Shown here: positions 1-15,518 of the stretch, in pieces | How positions within the stretch are numbered: the first letter of the stretch is position 1 | Layout: the number at the start of each line of letters is the position of its first letter | Program-made: the position numbers and the translations under genes | Source: Octopus vulgaris | Lineage: Eukaryota | Reading direction: 5' to 3' | Length of the DNA stretch: 64,000 nucleotides | Assembly: GCA_951406725.2 (NCBI GenBank) | Contig: OX597826.1 | Coordinates: 51,646,001-51,710,000 of the forward strand | Notes under the pieces: model-generated | What the model saw: only the letters and a program-made list of their open reading frames with translations | What the model was told of the DNA's origin: nothing | Database searches by the model: none

Positions 1-255
1 TGATCCCTAATAGTAGTAAACACATATGACCTCTGCTGATCCAAAAGGTGTGAGTCCTCTCTTTTCTCCTTATCGTACAGGAATGTCCATTGCTGACCTC
101 ATCGCCCTCTGCCGAATCTATTTACAGACCTGTAGAATTTAGTCTGTTCATCAACCTGCTACTCTTCTACCTTCTGTTCCCTTCAACGCTCACATATTTA
201 TGATTATCTCAAGTACAAGACCAAATTTGAAATTAAACATTTAAAAATACCTTTT

Positions 256-650
<395 letters not shown>

Positions 651-663
651 AATAATAATGATG

Positions 664-732
<69 letters not shown>

Positions 733-743
733 TTAATAATAAT

Positions 744-793
<50 letters not shown>

Positions 794-838
794 GAAGAAT
801 AAGAAGAAGAAGAAGAACAACAACAACAACAACAACAA
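651..838. repeat. Compound (AAT)n/(AAG)n/(AAC)n microsatellite
   Basis: Directly visible. Confidence 0.95.
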
Positions 839-1454
839 AATGGGGAAGAAAGATGATGAGTCGGCAGAAACTTCATTGCCCTTCATTATTTAGTTTTGTC
901 CCACAATTTTTGTAAGTTTATTATGATGCTGTTATTTAGCTTTATTTCTATTTATCTCTACTGTATCTACCATATCAAACCTAAAAGATGCAATTTACTC
1001 CAAACCGTCCCCTAAAAAGGAATTGAGATAAGGGAAGCAGTGAATCATTGAACAAAACAATTCACTGCATTTTATTTGGTAGCTGTAAATCCTTGGGAAG
1101 ATTAGATATTTAGATAAAATACACTCTTGTTTATTCAATTGAATACACTTCTTTTTCTAAAATAATTTATCTCGTGCTTGGTTTATCCAAGAAAATATAT
1201 CACATAAGATTAATCTATGTGTTGTATAACAAACACGAAACTCCTTGGAAGCCAAATCACTGTCACCCTTACAGCATTGTATATTCCAAGTATATTCCAA
1301 AACCACTATATGTATCTATAAAAGAAAATTGCGGTTTCTTAAAAGTAAGAGCAACTGATTTATCTATCAAATGCATTATATTTAAAACCAACATTAATAC
1401 AGTGGTGAAAGAAACAAAAATTGGAGAATGATATAAGAGTATCAGCAACACATA

Positions 1455-1870
1455 GGCGTAGGAGTGGTTGTGTGTTAAGTAGCTTGCTTACGAACTACAT
1501 GGTTCCGGGTTCGGTCCCACCGCGTGGCACCTTGGGTAAGTGTCTTCTACTATAGCCTCGGGCCGACCAAAGCCTTGTGAGTGGATTTGGTAGACGGAAA
1601 CTGAAAGAAGCCCGTCGTATATATGTATATATATGTATGTGTGTGTGTATGTGAGTGTGTTTGTGTGTCTATGTTTTCCCCCCAACATCGCTTGACAACA
1701 GATGCTGGTGTGTTTACATCCCCGTAACTTAGCGGTTCGGCAAAAGAGACCGGTAGAATAAGTACTAGGCTTACAAAGAATAAGTCCTGGGGTCGATTTG
1801 CTCGACTAAAAAGGTGGTGCTCCAGCATGGCCACAGTCAAATGACCGAAACAAGTAACAGTGTAAAAGAG
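1455..1870 (+). mobile_element. SINE family A (tRNA-like head, ggcaccttgggcaagtg central motif, internal TA/TG microsatellite), near full length
   Basis: ggcgtaggagtgg..tgtgttaag (A-box-like), ggttcggtccc (B-box-like); same sequence recurs many times in the window. Confidence 0.9.
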
Positions 1871-2085
1871 ACACTATTTTTGGAAAGCTTTGAAGCTCTG
1901 TGCCAGAAATTGTTGGCTTCAAAAAATTAGGCTTTCGAATGTTAACGTGAGATCATTAAAAACGATTTAGTATAGCTACAAGAATTGGCTTTTAAATTTT
2001 CTCAGATGTCAGAACTATACTTTAAAATCCTGCTTTTAGAATATCTTAGAAACACTTGCAAAAATGTGCATATATATATATATAT

Positions 2086-2298
2086 AGTTTTTGAATTTGG
2101 TTTGCAAGATTCCTTATAAGAATTCATGAGAAGAAGCATATTTTATTGTGTCTGGGGACAGTCATTCCTTTTTAATGCCTTATCATTTAACACACTCACC
2201 GGTTCTATCTCTCCTTATTTCCTTATTTATCTGAATAGAAGTCGAACTGGTGTGTTAAGTAATAAGGCGTTAAAAGAGAAAGACTGTCCCCAGACACA
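2086..2298. mobile_element. (TA)n-flanked fold-back element
   Basis: tgtgtctggggacagtc...accggttcta (2147-2210) is inverted relative to tagaagtcgaactgg...gactgtccccagacaca (2236-2298). Confidence 0.7.
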
Positions 2299-2620
2299 TT
2301 AACATATATATAAATACACGAATACACACACACACATCTATATACACACATGTATGTATGTATGTATGTATGTATATATGTATGTATGTAAATATACATG
2401 CGTAATGTATATGTGTGTGCGTATTTTAAAACATTTTACAGCGGTTAGAAAGGAACGTAGGTACAAGGTCTAACTCAGATAAATAAGTAAATGAGTAGGA
2501 ATCGAACCGGTGTGTGTGTTAAGTAATAAGACACTAAAGGAGAATGATTCTCCCCTGGTACAACACTACACAGATAGACAGACAGACAGACAGACACACA
2601 CACACACACACAGACAGACA

Positions 2621-2686
<66 letters not shown>

Positions 2687-2904
2687 CACATACATACAAT
2701 ACATACATACATGTACACGCACATGTATGTAGGGCTATATATATATATATATATGTATATGTGTGTGTGTGTGTATGTGTGTGTGTGTGTGTGTATGTTT
2801 GTGTGTGTATGTATGTGTGTGTGTGTAATGTATGTCTGTGTATATTTTAAAATATTTTACAGTGGTTACAAAGGAATGTAGGTACAAGCTTACCGCCTTA
2901 TAAC

Positions 2905-2989
<85 letters not shown>

Positions 2990-5702
2990 TGAAGAATGAA
3001 AATGAATCGATGGAAACTTTACTATCTTACATACTATCTTACAGTTTTGTCCACCTATTTTTTGAGTTTTTTTATGTTGCTGGTGTTCAATTTTATTTGG
3101 ATTCATCTCTACCGTGTCTCTCGTATCAAATCGAAAGGATATTATTTGCTCCAAATAGACCCTTCAAAAAATGGATTAAGATAACTGAAGCAGGGAATCG
3201 TTGGACTGGCACTAAATGTGGGCCGACATCCATAGCTACCTACCTACCAAGCATCTACATAGTTACATATATATAGATACATACATACTCTAGCAGTAAA
3301 GCGCTAACTGGATTGTATTTCTGTCGGTTTGAAAATGTTTTAAAACTATCATTGATTTATTGCAAATGTATTTAAAATATTCTAAAGCAGGTTGAAATTG
3401 CTTAAATTTTATTCCTAACATCTCCATAAATACAAGACCAAATTCTCGTTAACTTCTAAATCATGATAAAGATATTTCATACGTTTTCATTGTATCAGTT
3501 CCTCATTAATCTTGATCTGATATAAATATATTGAAAACAAAATTGATAATGTTTTTCAGGCCAAATATTTTTCAACAAAAACCTGAAAGTTTGCCAAAGA
3601 ATAAAAAAGAAAAAAATGTAAAAACTACTTTTCCTATACTTTTCTATCCTTTTCTCATTTGCTTTAGAAATCCTCTACATCAATTTGCTGTGGTAAATAA
3701 TATAAATTTGAATAGATAAATCAGTTTCTTTTAGGTTTAAGAAACTGTAATAAGCTATCTCTTAATGCATATAGTAGCTTTAAATACGGCATGTAACATC
3801 ACATTTATATTACCGTCAACAAGTAGAATAACATGGTTTAATTTCTTAGTTCAAACTCCGTTATAATAAACTGTGACTTCCTTCTTATCTCAGGTCGATA
3901 AATTAAATTTAGTGGCGATATAAGGGACTGTTCCCGGGAATGACTGAATTATTAGTGTCGAATAAAATGACTTGAGGTTATTAGGTTACAACACTATGTT
4001 CTGTGTTCAAAGTTTCCCTTTCTTCCCTACTTGGTCAGTAAAATAAAGTGTCCAGGGGTCGATGGTACAAATTACCATCCGTCCAAAATTGCGGGCATTG
4101 TGTCAAAATCTGACGCTAGTGTGTAGGCAGCGAACCAACAGAATCGTTAAAATATCGGACAAAGTGTCTTACAGTATTCTTTCTGGTCCAGAGTTTAAAT
4201 CCTGCCGACGTCAACTTTACCTTTCATCCATCCGGAATGGATAAATCTTACAGTCAAATGACTTTCAAACCAGGTTCTCCCATTTTGGATAGAAAAAAGA
4301 AAAGTATAGGGTCAATAAGTCTTGATTATGCTTTGTTTCAATAAAACGTGTGATTGTCCTGACTTAAGTGCTTGTGTCATAACTCTGAATCATGTGGATT
4401 GAATCTTCCACTTCTGAACTTATATTACCGTATATACCAAAGCAAGGACAAAAAGCTGATATGATGCCCGATTAATTACTTATCAATTGGATTAAATAGT
4501 ATCATCTATAAGGGACTGCAAGAGAGTATAATCAGCTAAGTCTTTTGGAAGACTTGATTAATGAAGTTAGTATTCGCTGCAGTCATCGAACTTTATTAGA
4601 ATAAACTTTTACATCAGAAAGTTTTATGAATTCATAGATAATGACAATGGAAAATGTAATAAAAAATTCAGACCAGTTGTACAAGCAGTGAATATTAATA
4701 TTTCGAAACTACACTGATGCAGATGCTGAGAAAAGGCTATTATTTACAGTTTGCATCTATATAATTATATATTTACAATACTTTCCATTGAACAAAGATT
4801 GTACAGACAAAAGCTGATTCATTATATGCTACGAATACGCACACACATACGCTCGCGCACGCACGCACGAACATACACAAGTACTCATGCACACACACAC
4901 ACACGTAATCATACACACATCACTTGCGCAATCGATTGAAGCTTGAATAAAAGGTTTATTGTAATCTGATGATAGAATACTTCAGGGTCCAATTGTATCT
5001 ATAGCTGATAGCATAGCTTATAAAATAAATAAGAATATCTGCCAAGAAATATGGATTGGTAGCTGTTGCTATCTTTCGATTGTTCTTGTACTTCTCATCA
5101 ATCATTGGCTCCGAGACAAACTTCCTGTATAGAAGTATAATATGATATTTCAGTGAAATTATTTTAACTATTACATTATAGCTGCATGCAAATTGTAAAT
5201 ATTTTCTTGATTGACAATGCAATGAAAACAGTGTTCTTGAATTTGATGAAAATTAATGAAATGGTGTCGACGTATTCGTTTATTTTTACAAGACGTCGTG
5301 ATAATATTTTCCTAATTTCCTTCACTGTAATGACGGCATGAGTATTTATCTTCAATTATCGTGCGTTAAATGTTTCATCACTTTCGGTGAGTTTTATTGA
5401 TGTGTGCAATGGTATAAGAACATGTCAACTGATGCAGATGGATACATAATTGATCATGATTAGATTTAACTATTATAGTATAATTAGTCCAAATGCTGCC
5501 CAATGAAGCACATATCACACGAAGGAAATTCAAGTAAAATACAAATGGTATGTGTAAAAAAAGGGTGAATATACAGTTGTCGTAAGCTATAGAGCTGCAC
5601 TGTGCAATACACGGCGTCCGATGCACGTTCGTTTATTGAAAATCACAATTAATACGTGCTTGGATTCTAATTCTAATGTGGTTATATTCTCATATGGCAG
5701 CA

Positions 5703-5748
<46 letters not shown>

Positions 5749-5750
<2 letters not shown>

Positions 5751-5912
5751 CGTAGGGGTGGCTGTGTGGTAAGTAGCTTGCTTACGAACCACATGGCTCC
5801 GGGTTCAGTCCCACTGCGTGCCACCTTGGGCAAGTGTCTTCTACTATACCCTCGGGTCGACCAAAGTCTTGTGAGTGGATTTGGTAGACGGAAACTAAAA
5901 GAAGCCCGTCGT
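5749..5912 (+). mobile_element. SINE family A, 5' half, inside (TA)n
   Basis: Near-identical to 1455-1618. Confidence 0.9.
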
Positions 5913-5915
5913 AGT

Positions 5916-5976
<61 letters not shown>

Positions 5977-6340
5977 GGCAGAGTGGTATAAAGCTTGCAT
6001 TCCAACTACACGGTTCCAGGTTCAGTCCTGCTGCGTGGCAATCTGTTCAAGTGTCTTCTACCAAACACTTGTAAATGAATTTCGTAGACGCAAACTGAAA
6101 GAAGCCCGTCGTATATATGTATATATTTATGTGACTGTGTCTTTGTTTGTCCCCCACCACTACTTGATAACCGGTATTGGTGTGGTTTCGTCACTATGGC
6201 TTAGCCATTCGGCAAGAGACCCCATAGAAAAAGTACTAAGGCTTAACAAAAATATATCCTGGAGTCGATTTGTTCGATTAATAACCTTGAAGCCGCTGCC
6301 CCAGCATGGCCGCAGTCAAATCACTGAAACAAGTAAGAGA
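5977..6340 (+). mobile_element. SINE family A, diverged copy
   Basis: aaactgaaagaagcccgtcgt and ccagcatggccgcagtcaaat segments. Confidence 0.8.
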
Positions 6341-7224
6341 ATATAGGAGTATGTATATACATATGTACACACACACACACGCACACACACACGCGCGCGC
6401 ACACACGCATATGCGTAACTATTTCCCTTCTCGCTCTATGCTTGCTTCCCAACCACATGCTTCCAGGTTCAGATCAGATGCGTGGAAAGTGTCCTCCATA
6501 ATGCCCAAAGGTTGATTGGAACATTGTCAGTGGATTTGGTAGATGTGAACTGAGAGAAGCTAATCATGTGTACATATATACATACATAAACACTCACACA
6601 CATACACACACACTCTCTTTCTCTCACACACACACAAATATATAATATCTTAGATATTTATTTAGTTTAGTTTAGATAATAAGCAGTAAACATAACTCAA
6701 AGGAGTATCAAACAATTAATAAGCTATAAATGAACGTATTATTCATTCGGTCATTTTGTAGCGTCGCCCTCATGTGCTTTATTCGATCATATCGACCCGG
6801 GATCTTATATTCTTAAAGTCTGATAGTTACCTGATTGTCGAACCGGTTAGGTGAGACAAACAGGGTACAGATTTTCAAATGACGTAAACCTGAGTGAACA
6901 TACACTCACAAACGCATGCGCATGTAAACTGTGCTTCCGCGAATCTGCACTCTACCACGTTAAGTAGCGATGAATTGTTCAGCCTCTGGCCAAATTAAAA
7001 GACATTCCAGTTACAATGCTGTGATGGTACACAAAACCATGTGGCTGTGAAGCGAAATTTAGGATCACACAGCTTTACCTACAACTATGAGTTTCTTTGT
7101 AAAGTATTACACTTTTATTTATTTCGCTCATTGGATCACGGCTATGGTGCGTGGAGCATAACCTTGAATGATTAAAACATTTTCTATTGAAATGCATTAT
7201 TTAATATACAGAGAAGGCAAGGTT

Positions 7225-7432
7225 ATGAGTTCGCAGAATTGTTAGTGCGCTGGATAATACGCTTAGCGGCAGTTCATCCGTCTTTACATTCTGAGTTCAA
7301 ATTCCGCCGAGGGTCGACTTTACACTTTATACTTTTGGATCGATATAATAAGTACTATTTAAGTACAGGAGTCGATGTAAGCGACCAGCTACCACCTACT
7401 AACTTGCTGGCCTAGTGCTAAAATTTGAAATC
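7225..7432 (+). mobile_element. SINE family B, diverged copy
   Basis: ctgagttcaaattccgccgagggtcgacttt...aaatttgaaa. Confidence 0.8.
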
Positions 7433-8310
7433 AATATAGAGAAAATGCTGTACATTCTGCCGGTGAATATAATCATTGTAATCAACTACAATGTTTCACT
7501 GCTACAGAATTGAACCTAGTGGTAATTTGACTCGGATTCTAAAGTGATAAAACTAAGTATTGCAATGCATATTATCCGATGATCTGCCAATTTTCTGGCC
7601 AACCCAATGCTTATTATAACATAACAACGATGATACACGTTGTATTTGGAGTAAAGACCGTCTTTACATTTGCAAAGGTGCAAACTCCATAAGAATAACG
7701 TGAAACGCCTTTGTTACTGTTACCTATGATCTAAAACTTGTTACTTGTTACCTATGCTCACAAACTACATGAACTTAGCAGAGATAAATAGGCTAAGGAA
7801 ATTACGTGGCTTAATTCAAATGTTAACTATTCTAAGCAAGTTCAAAGAAAATAATTAAAAAATTTGGAATTCATAGATACTGCGTCTAATGGCTGCTACA
7901 TTTATTGCTGCAAACGATTTAAAAAATTTTATCTATATCACACAAGCTGAATAAATAATTTTTTAAATTGGTTAAATGAAAATTTAAAGAGTGTCGATAT
8001 TTTGAAAAGGTCATTTTCTATAGAAATATCTCTGTTATCAAATTTCGAACTATTTTTTCAAGAATTTAACAATTTTAGAATCACGCTATTTCCAATATCA
8101 TCCAAATTAAAATAATTCTTCAGAATAGCACAAATGATGTTTGATACGTCTTTTGTGCATGATGAAACATGAAAGGATGATAACGGTGAAATGAGTTTGA
8201 AAAAAATAGGTATCTAAGATTACATTTTCAAATTTATTAAATCTGACATAGAATTCCATAGAAAGCGTCCAGAGGAAGAGCAGCAATGCAGTATATATGA
8301 ATATGCACTT

Positions 8311-8555
8311 CATCATGGCTGAAGATCGAAGACCTCAATGACAACCCATTGTCCTTACCAAATATTGCATTGTCGTTTTGTTGTCGTTCGCTCCTCCAGG
8401 ATCATCTGTCCAGGACTTGATGTTATTATTCTATCTTCGTCTTGGTAACCTTCTAGACAATTTTCCATCTACATTGTTCCAAATGTGTGCACAACGGTTC
8501 CAGATTCTGATAACGTGTCCAAAATGTTGCAATTTTCGCTAGCTGACCATCATCA
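8311..8555 (-). mobile_element. RTE-clade LINE 3' fragment, degenerate
   Basis: Minus strand reads RKLQHFGHVIR...VDGKLSRRLPRRR, like the RTE C-terminal motif FGHV.R...G.R.RGRPR.RW. Confidence 0.6.
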
Positions 8556-11148
8556 CTAAATTTCGTTTCAATGGTCAAGTCTGAAATTTTTAAACACATC
8601 TGAGTGACTTAAGGTGAACACAAATGTAGACAAAATAGATTCCAAGGGATTGCAAAGGAAAAGAGAGAACGAGAGAACTTAAGATAGATGACTGAGCTGA
8701 AAAAAAAATATTGACTAAAAAAGGTGTTCGTGGGGCCCCAGAATAGGAAGCTATAGAAACGCTATAAATACAAAAATATCACCACACTCATTCAAACAAA
8801 TACTCACACTTTATTGCCAAGTGCATTAAACTTGATAAAATTTCAAACGCAAACTTTGATAACGAGAGTGTTTGCAGCATTGCTGTTAAGAGTTAAATGG
8901 GTGGGCAAAGTTGGTGGATTGGTATGGGTGTTGGATTGGAAAAATGTTTCGAGCGCCAGAGAAAATTGCTTTGCGGTATTTCTTCGAACTCTTTGTCTCT
9001 CTGTTCAAATTCCGCTGATGTAGACTGTGTCTTTTATCCTTTTGTGACTGATAAGCTTAGACAAGGCACTCCATCCGGTGAGGTAATTATTTTGTTATTC
9101 TACTGTCCTTTGAATTATGATTTACATTGGTATAAAATCATATTTCTTATTTATATGAAACATACTTGTTTAAAGTATTTCAAAATGAGTAATTGATACT
9201 GAAAAGAATATTATCGGGAAAACATCTCATCTCAGAATCATGAGATGTGAATTGTCTAAATTCAAAAGACCATAGATGTGGTTGCCTGAAAAGCATAGAT
9301 GTTATGGTTGAAGCAGGAAATTGTGTGTGAAATAAATTCAGAATCAAAGTATAAAATTAAAGAAAAATACTTGGAGTTTATATATAATTTTTGCTTTTGT
9401 GGAAGTCTTTCAACGTTGCGTTTGGCTGTTTGTCAAAATTGTGTTAGTGTCAGTAACTTCATAAGAATCGTAAGCAGCTTACATCGAGACGAGAGAGAGA
9501 GAGGGAAGAGAGAGGGAGGGAGAAAGAAAGAGGGAGGGAGAGAGAAAGAGGGAGGGAGAGAGAAAGAGAGAGGTGTGCTTCTTCTGTCTTCGATATATCA
9601 GAGCTGATAAAAATTTTAACAAGAGCAGAGATCATTTGATTGCTGGTCATGTTATCTCTCTATAACTTATTTTTATAATCCTTGTGATCCGTTATGACAT
9701 TTTCAAGGTCTTCAATCATTTTATTTTTTTTTTAGTTTAAAATTTACGTGCATTTCTATCACATCAAAATTGTTTAGTTCAACAGTTTACTTAACATTAA
9801 AATACATTAATGTTTAGGTTTCACTATTTTGAATTTGGGAATCATAAAATTTACATCATTACAAACAAGCTGTATTTTTTTTTTGGATTCTTCAATTGTT
9901 ATTTAAATAACAATTTGTTGATAATTTGCGCGTATTGATATCAGTTTAATGTTCCAGAATTTTTATTCGTTTTCCTATACAAAACCGTCTGAATACTATG
10001 TTATTGAGATTACATCATACTACTGCACGAAATGAATTTGTGTAAATGATTACTTTTGTTGTGCATAATCACTAAAATTATAATCATTTAATTACACCAA
10101 ACAAAGAAGTTCTCATAACATGTCGCTTACTTTATATGTATATCTATGTATATGTTTTGATAGAAGGAGAAAATACGCGACACAATTCTAGTGAATATAT
10201 ATACCATTCTAGCGGAAGACCATTCATTAAAACAAGTGCAATATCAATAAGAGACAGGGATGCTGAAAAGTGTATGCATATATGTACGTTTGTATGAATG
10301 TGTTCGTATATGTGTACTTATGGACGTAAATCAAAGGAACATTCATTGAATCACTATTACAATGTAAGTTTGATGTTATATAAGGGTTAACTGCTAAATG
10401 TTATTAAAGATATTGCAAATAATGTTTTTTTGCATTACACGAAAACATGTGTAATGTAAATACGAAAAGAGAAACAAATAAAAAACCATCGCAGCATTAT
10501 TTTGTAATATATTTATTAACATGAACAGAACAGCTTCAATCACCTGGAGGTTTCAGGAAGGGAGATCGTGCCAGGAACAAATAACTATTTGGAAATCATT
10601 GCAATCTATTGTGTTTTTAGGTGACTGTTAAAACTGGTGAAGAAACCAATGTATAAAATGAGTATGAAGAGAGAACAGTAGCTCTGGAAATATTAGTGAA
10701 TGTGTTAATGCAACGCACATGGCAGCATATATCAAATACGATGTTGCGTGTCGAGAACTATCAAATACAAGTTTGTGCTCGCCAACTACATTTGAATCTG
10801 AATAACAAAACTCTGAGTTGTATTATTCTTATCTGATTATATTAACATTTCCACGGAATTTATTTCCGTTCATGGAAACATGTTTATGATTATCAACTTG
10901 TGTATTAATGTACATGTGTTGTACACAAATAACATTAAAATCAAACATTTGTTTACCTTTAATAATAACCATGTACATTGTAGTTTGTAGTACATAGTTA
11001 CAAACACTTATCACACAAATACACAGTCTACACACACACACATATATATATACATGTATGCATGTATGTATAGGTCTGTATATATATATATGTGTGTGTA
11101 TGTACATATGTGTATATTTACGTAGATATATATATATGTGTGTGTATG

Positions 11149-11154
<6 letters not shown>

Positions 11155-11246
<92 letters not shown>
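11155..11246. repeat. (TA)n microsatellite
   Basis: Directly visible. Confidence 0.97.
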
Positions 11247-11247
<1 letters not shown>

Positions 11248-11469
11248 TTGTATATTCTTATATATATACATGCAAATGTAAATATATATCTATATATATA
11301 CGTGTGTGTGTGTATGTGTGTGTAATGGCATATTTTGTTGAGGGACAATTGGAGAGAGGAGGGATGAGAGGGGGAAGAGAGGAAGAGTGACTGACTGATA
11401 ATTGCGCTTCATGTTAATTATACTAGATCACAATGTGTGTATTTGGAATTCAGATAATGTAAAACCAGA

Positions 11470-12880
11470 AAACCAGCTGCATATCGTCCAAGTACACATT
11501 CTGAGTTCATATTCGATATTGCCTGTCACCCTTTCCGGGTTGAATATGGTGGCATTTTGTCGACAATAGTCCACTTGATGCTGGGTGTTTCATCTCGAAG
11601 TCGCCAAAGAAAACGAGACGTAATCTGAACGAGTTCAAATGCTGGGAGTATCTTCCCTTGAGGTTATTAGCCGTCATACGTCTATAGTACCTAATAATGC
11701 CATCGGATGTTGTAAGGGTGGCTCTGTATATAGAACGGCACTTTGGAGGTAAGATCCTTCTAGAGGACACATGGTGGTGTCTCGAAAGTTGCAGGTTGGG
11801 GATATTTTAGGTACATTTTTTATGTCTGTTGATGCGTGTGATATTAGATGCGATGTTGTCTAAGCAGGATTAGCTCACCTTGACATTATGGGGGTATAAG
11901 AGCTTGTAATACTTCTGGCTTCTAGAAAAGTGTTTCTCAATTAACGGCAGGAACTCCGTAGCCACGTTGGTGGAAACTTCGACGTTGAAAGGGGCCGGTT
12001 ATGCCATATAATTCTCCTCTTCCTAATCCTTTTGGGGTAAGGAAATGGTATTTGGGGCGGGGTTGTCCACATACATGAGCTTCACAGTTTAGCTCTCCCC
12101 TAGCTAAAGCATTGTTGTATTGCGTGGCGACCCTATTAAAGATATTTCTCTTGGACGAGAGATGAGATAGCGTTTACTAATGTCTAAAAGCAGGTTTCTA
12201 ATTACAACGCGGGTATGGCTTGAGCTCTTGTGGATGTATACTGTTAAGTTAAGTTAATTTTTTGGCTCAAAAAGCAAAAAGCAAGGCCATGTAGAGGGAC
12301 ATGGAGTTATGTACAGGGAGGGTGTCCATGCAAAGAGTTCTGGTCAAGAGAGACTTTGAGGGGTCTAACGTTACGTACTGGTACCTACAGTTACGCCAAG
12401 AAATCGACCGTTGGTGATAACTGTTATGAGCAGGCCGAACAGCTTAAATATTTTTATCAAGTCCTTCCTGAACTTTTCCATGGTGTGGCCGTTCATATGG
12501 CTGGGATAGCCAGGCCGCCGCCCCTATAGTGGGCCGATCTATGTACGTGGGTACGTCTCTTGAAGGCATCCAAGATGTATAACCCGACGAGATCGGCGAT
12601 TTCAGCCCCGTCAAACTTCCCCATAGAGACGTAGAACAATGGGTCACTTTTTGTCACCCAGAAGGAATTGTCGTGGGGCAGAATTGACTTCCTGGCATTC
12701 ATGATAATTCTGATGTTAATGCCACTAATGCTGGTATATTGCTCAGCAAAAGTTAGGGCCTTCAGAAAAAGGGCTTAGACATAGATGGGTAGAAATCGCA
12801 ATATCGAACTGGGTGGATCTACAGGCTGATTTATTCTCGGTACTGCGGAACCAGTCGACCACGGCTGCTCTGGTGTTCCA
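11470..12880 (-). mobile_element. Penelope-like retroelement relic (RT followed by C-terminal GIY-YIG endonuclease), frameshifted
   Basis: Minus-strand fragments: VVDWFRSTENKSACRSTQFDI (RT motif A region), FYVSMGKFDGAEIADLVGLYIL (motif B), YRGGGL (degenerate YRDDGL), VYIHKSSSHT, CNFRDTTMCPLEG linker, IYRATLTT...RYSQHLNSFR (GIY-YIG). Confidence 0.88.
12245..12362 (-). mobile_element. Unrelated insertion inside the Penelope relic, probably a LINE 3' end with (TTAAC)n tail
   Basis: gttaagttaagttaa repeat at the junction interrupts the RT reading frame. Confidence 0.45.
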
Positions 12881-15175
12881 ACTTAAATGCATATTTATAT
12901 ATACATATAACACACACACACACACGTGTGTGTGTCTGTATGTATATATCTATATACATATATTTTATATATCTATGTATACGAATATGCGGAAATATAT
13001 ATATGCGTGTGTGTGTCTGTTTATGTATGTATATAGATACATCTGTATGTGGCAACATCTTGAATTATAGCTCACGTTGATGATATTAAAAAAACAGCTA
13101 CTGTATCGAAGTTAATCTGAGAATGCATCTGCATGAGAAAACTCGAAAAGATTGCTTAAATTTATTGGTTACATATGAAAGCAGAAGTGAAGCAAATGAT
13201 GTCAATAAGAGATATTGCCGACTTTTAATACAGACAGGTACACACGCACACACTCACACGTACATGAATACACAGTCACACAGATAAACACACACACTTA
13301 CGGAGGGAAACCGATAAATTTGACATTGCTGGTTGTTGCGAATGAGACTATTTTGAATGATGTCTATCGTTTGCCTGGTGACAGTTCTTGCTACGTTTGG
13401 AGAGATTGAAACATGAATCAATATTACTTTATCCATGTGCAAAAATATTTTGGGAAAAATATATATTAATATTTTCGCTTTTTTCTTTATTAAATTCTAT
13501 TTTTACATTGACAATGAGAAATAAACACAACTTGAAATATATTTTTGATTATAAATTATGGATTATTGTTATTGCTTAGTTTGTATTTTAATTGAACTAG
13601 TTGTTGTTGCTGTTTACGTAGAAAATGTAATTTTCGGGAGAATTTGACTAAAATCCTTCTCTAAAGTATGGCGTGCCGTACAGGTCAAATGTTAAATCTG
13701 AATATAAAGTAGTTCTGTAGAGACAGAATAACGGGTTTGAATTCAGTGCATGATGGTTAGAGGGATGATGGGTAATTCAGACTACATCGGAGACAGTTGT
13801 TTTAGAAAGAAATATTTAACATGATTTGTTACTAAATAAAAACTCCATGTTTGTTCTAGGAAAACATATTTTTGTGGCTCCGAGGTGATTATATTTTATT
13901 TTTCCTAGTGTTTCTGAATTAAATAAAATTGCATTAAGGACGGTAAATATGAAGAAGAAAAATCCAAAAATGATTGAATAATGTGTACAAGTATTAACTC
14001 AAAATATAATAGAAGTAGTACAAAATATTTTAATGTAAACTGTATTTTTGAATTGAATGACCGTAGAAGACGCCACTTGTGTAATTACACTGTTATTGTG
14101 ATCAATACTAGATAATGAAGGAGATTAATTGTATCATAATTTTTAATGTCGGTAGCAGTAGCATGAATATTTTGGAGGAGGGTTAGGCAAAGAATTATGG
14201 GAGTGATAGAAGCTTTATAAATGTAGTGAGAGAAACAGCGAGGGGGAGAGAGAGATGGAGAAACGGAAATACTGTTTTTTCTCTCCTCATCGCAATGTTG
14301 TAATTAGATGTCTTAACTCTTCAAGAGGAACCGAGCAGCATTTCTGTTTTTTTATATTTAGTTGTTGTTGTTACTATATATGTCATTAAAGATTATATAA
14401 TAGTTTCTACAAGTAGTCAGAAATTAGCATAAATTCAGTAATTTAGACGGAACGGAACCGAGAAACTCGCAATTCTGCTAGCTTACTGATAAATATTACA
14501 TGTGCTACTGTTCAAAGAAATAAAAGAAAGAGAAATGAAATGGCAACTTTTCATACATGTCTTCTTAGGAGAATGTTACGCTTAAAATTGGAAGGAAATC
14601 CGATTTAATCTTAGATACAACGTTTTGTCAATAGAACAATTGAATCACAAAATAAAACGAAAACAACAACAGCAACACAGCAGAAAACAAAAGGAAGCAA
14701 AATGCATTGCATACTAAACTGAATCACAGGAAATGAAACAGTGCAAGTTATGGCATAAATCTCAGATTAAAGATGATATATGATAGCACAAGATTAGAAG
14801 AGAATTTGGAAGAGGTGATGGTGGGTGTACAACATGCAACGACGTCCTTATATTTGTCATATTCAATATCACAATCTATTGCATTTAAAGCTCCATGCGT
14901 GCATGTTAATTAAAAAAAACAACACTGAGAGTCGTGCAAACGTAGAATCACAATGACATGATAGAATATAATCACAAATGTATTGCTTTTAAAGCTTGAA
15001 CAATTTTCTCTACTGCTGCAACTTTTTCTACCTGTCTTTCTCCCTCGTTGCCAGTCTGTTTGTCTCTCCTTTGTCTCTTTTAGAAGAACTCTCCCTTTAT
15101 ATTGACTCTCTCTCACTTTCTCTCTCTCTCTCTATCTATCTATATATATATATGTATGTGTGTGTATGTGTGTGT

Positions 15176-15515
<340 letters not shown>

Positions 15516-15518
<3 letters not shown>

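Noticed and set aside
1488-1840. Recurrent peptides such as YDGLLSVSVYQIHSQGFGRP and RNWYLIYRPRKDER
   Set aside because: Translations of SINE families A and B, not a protein family
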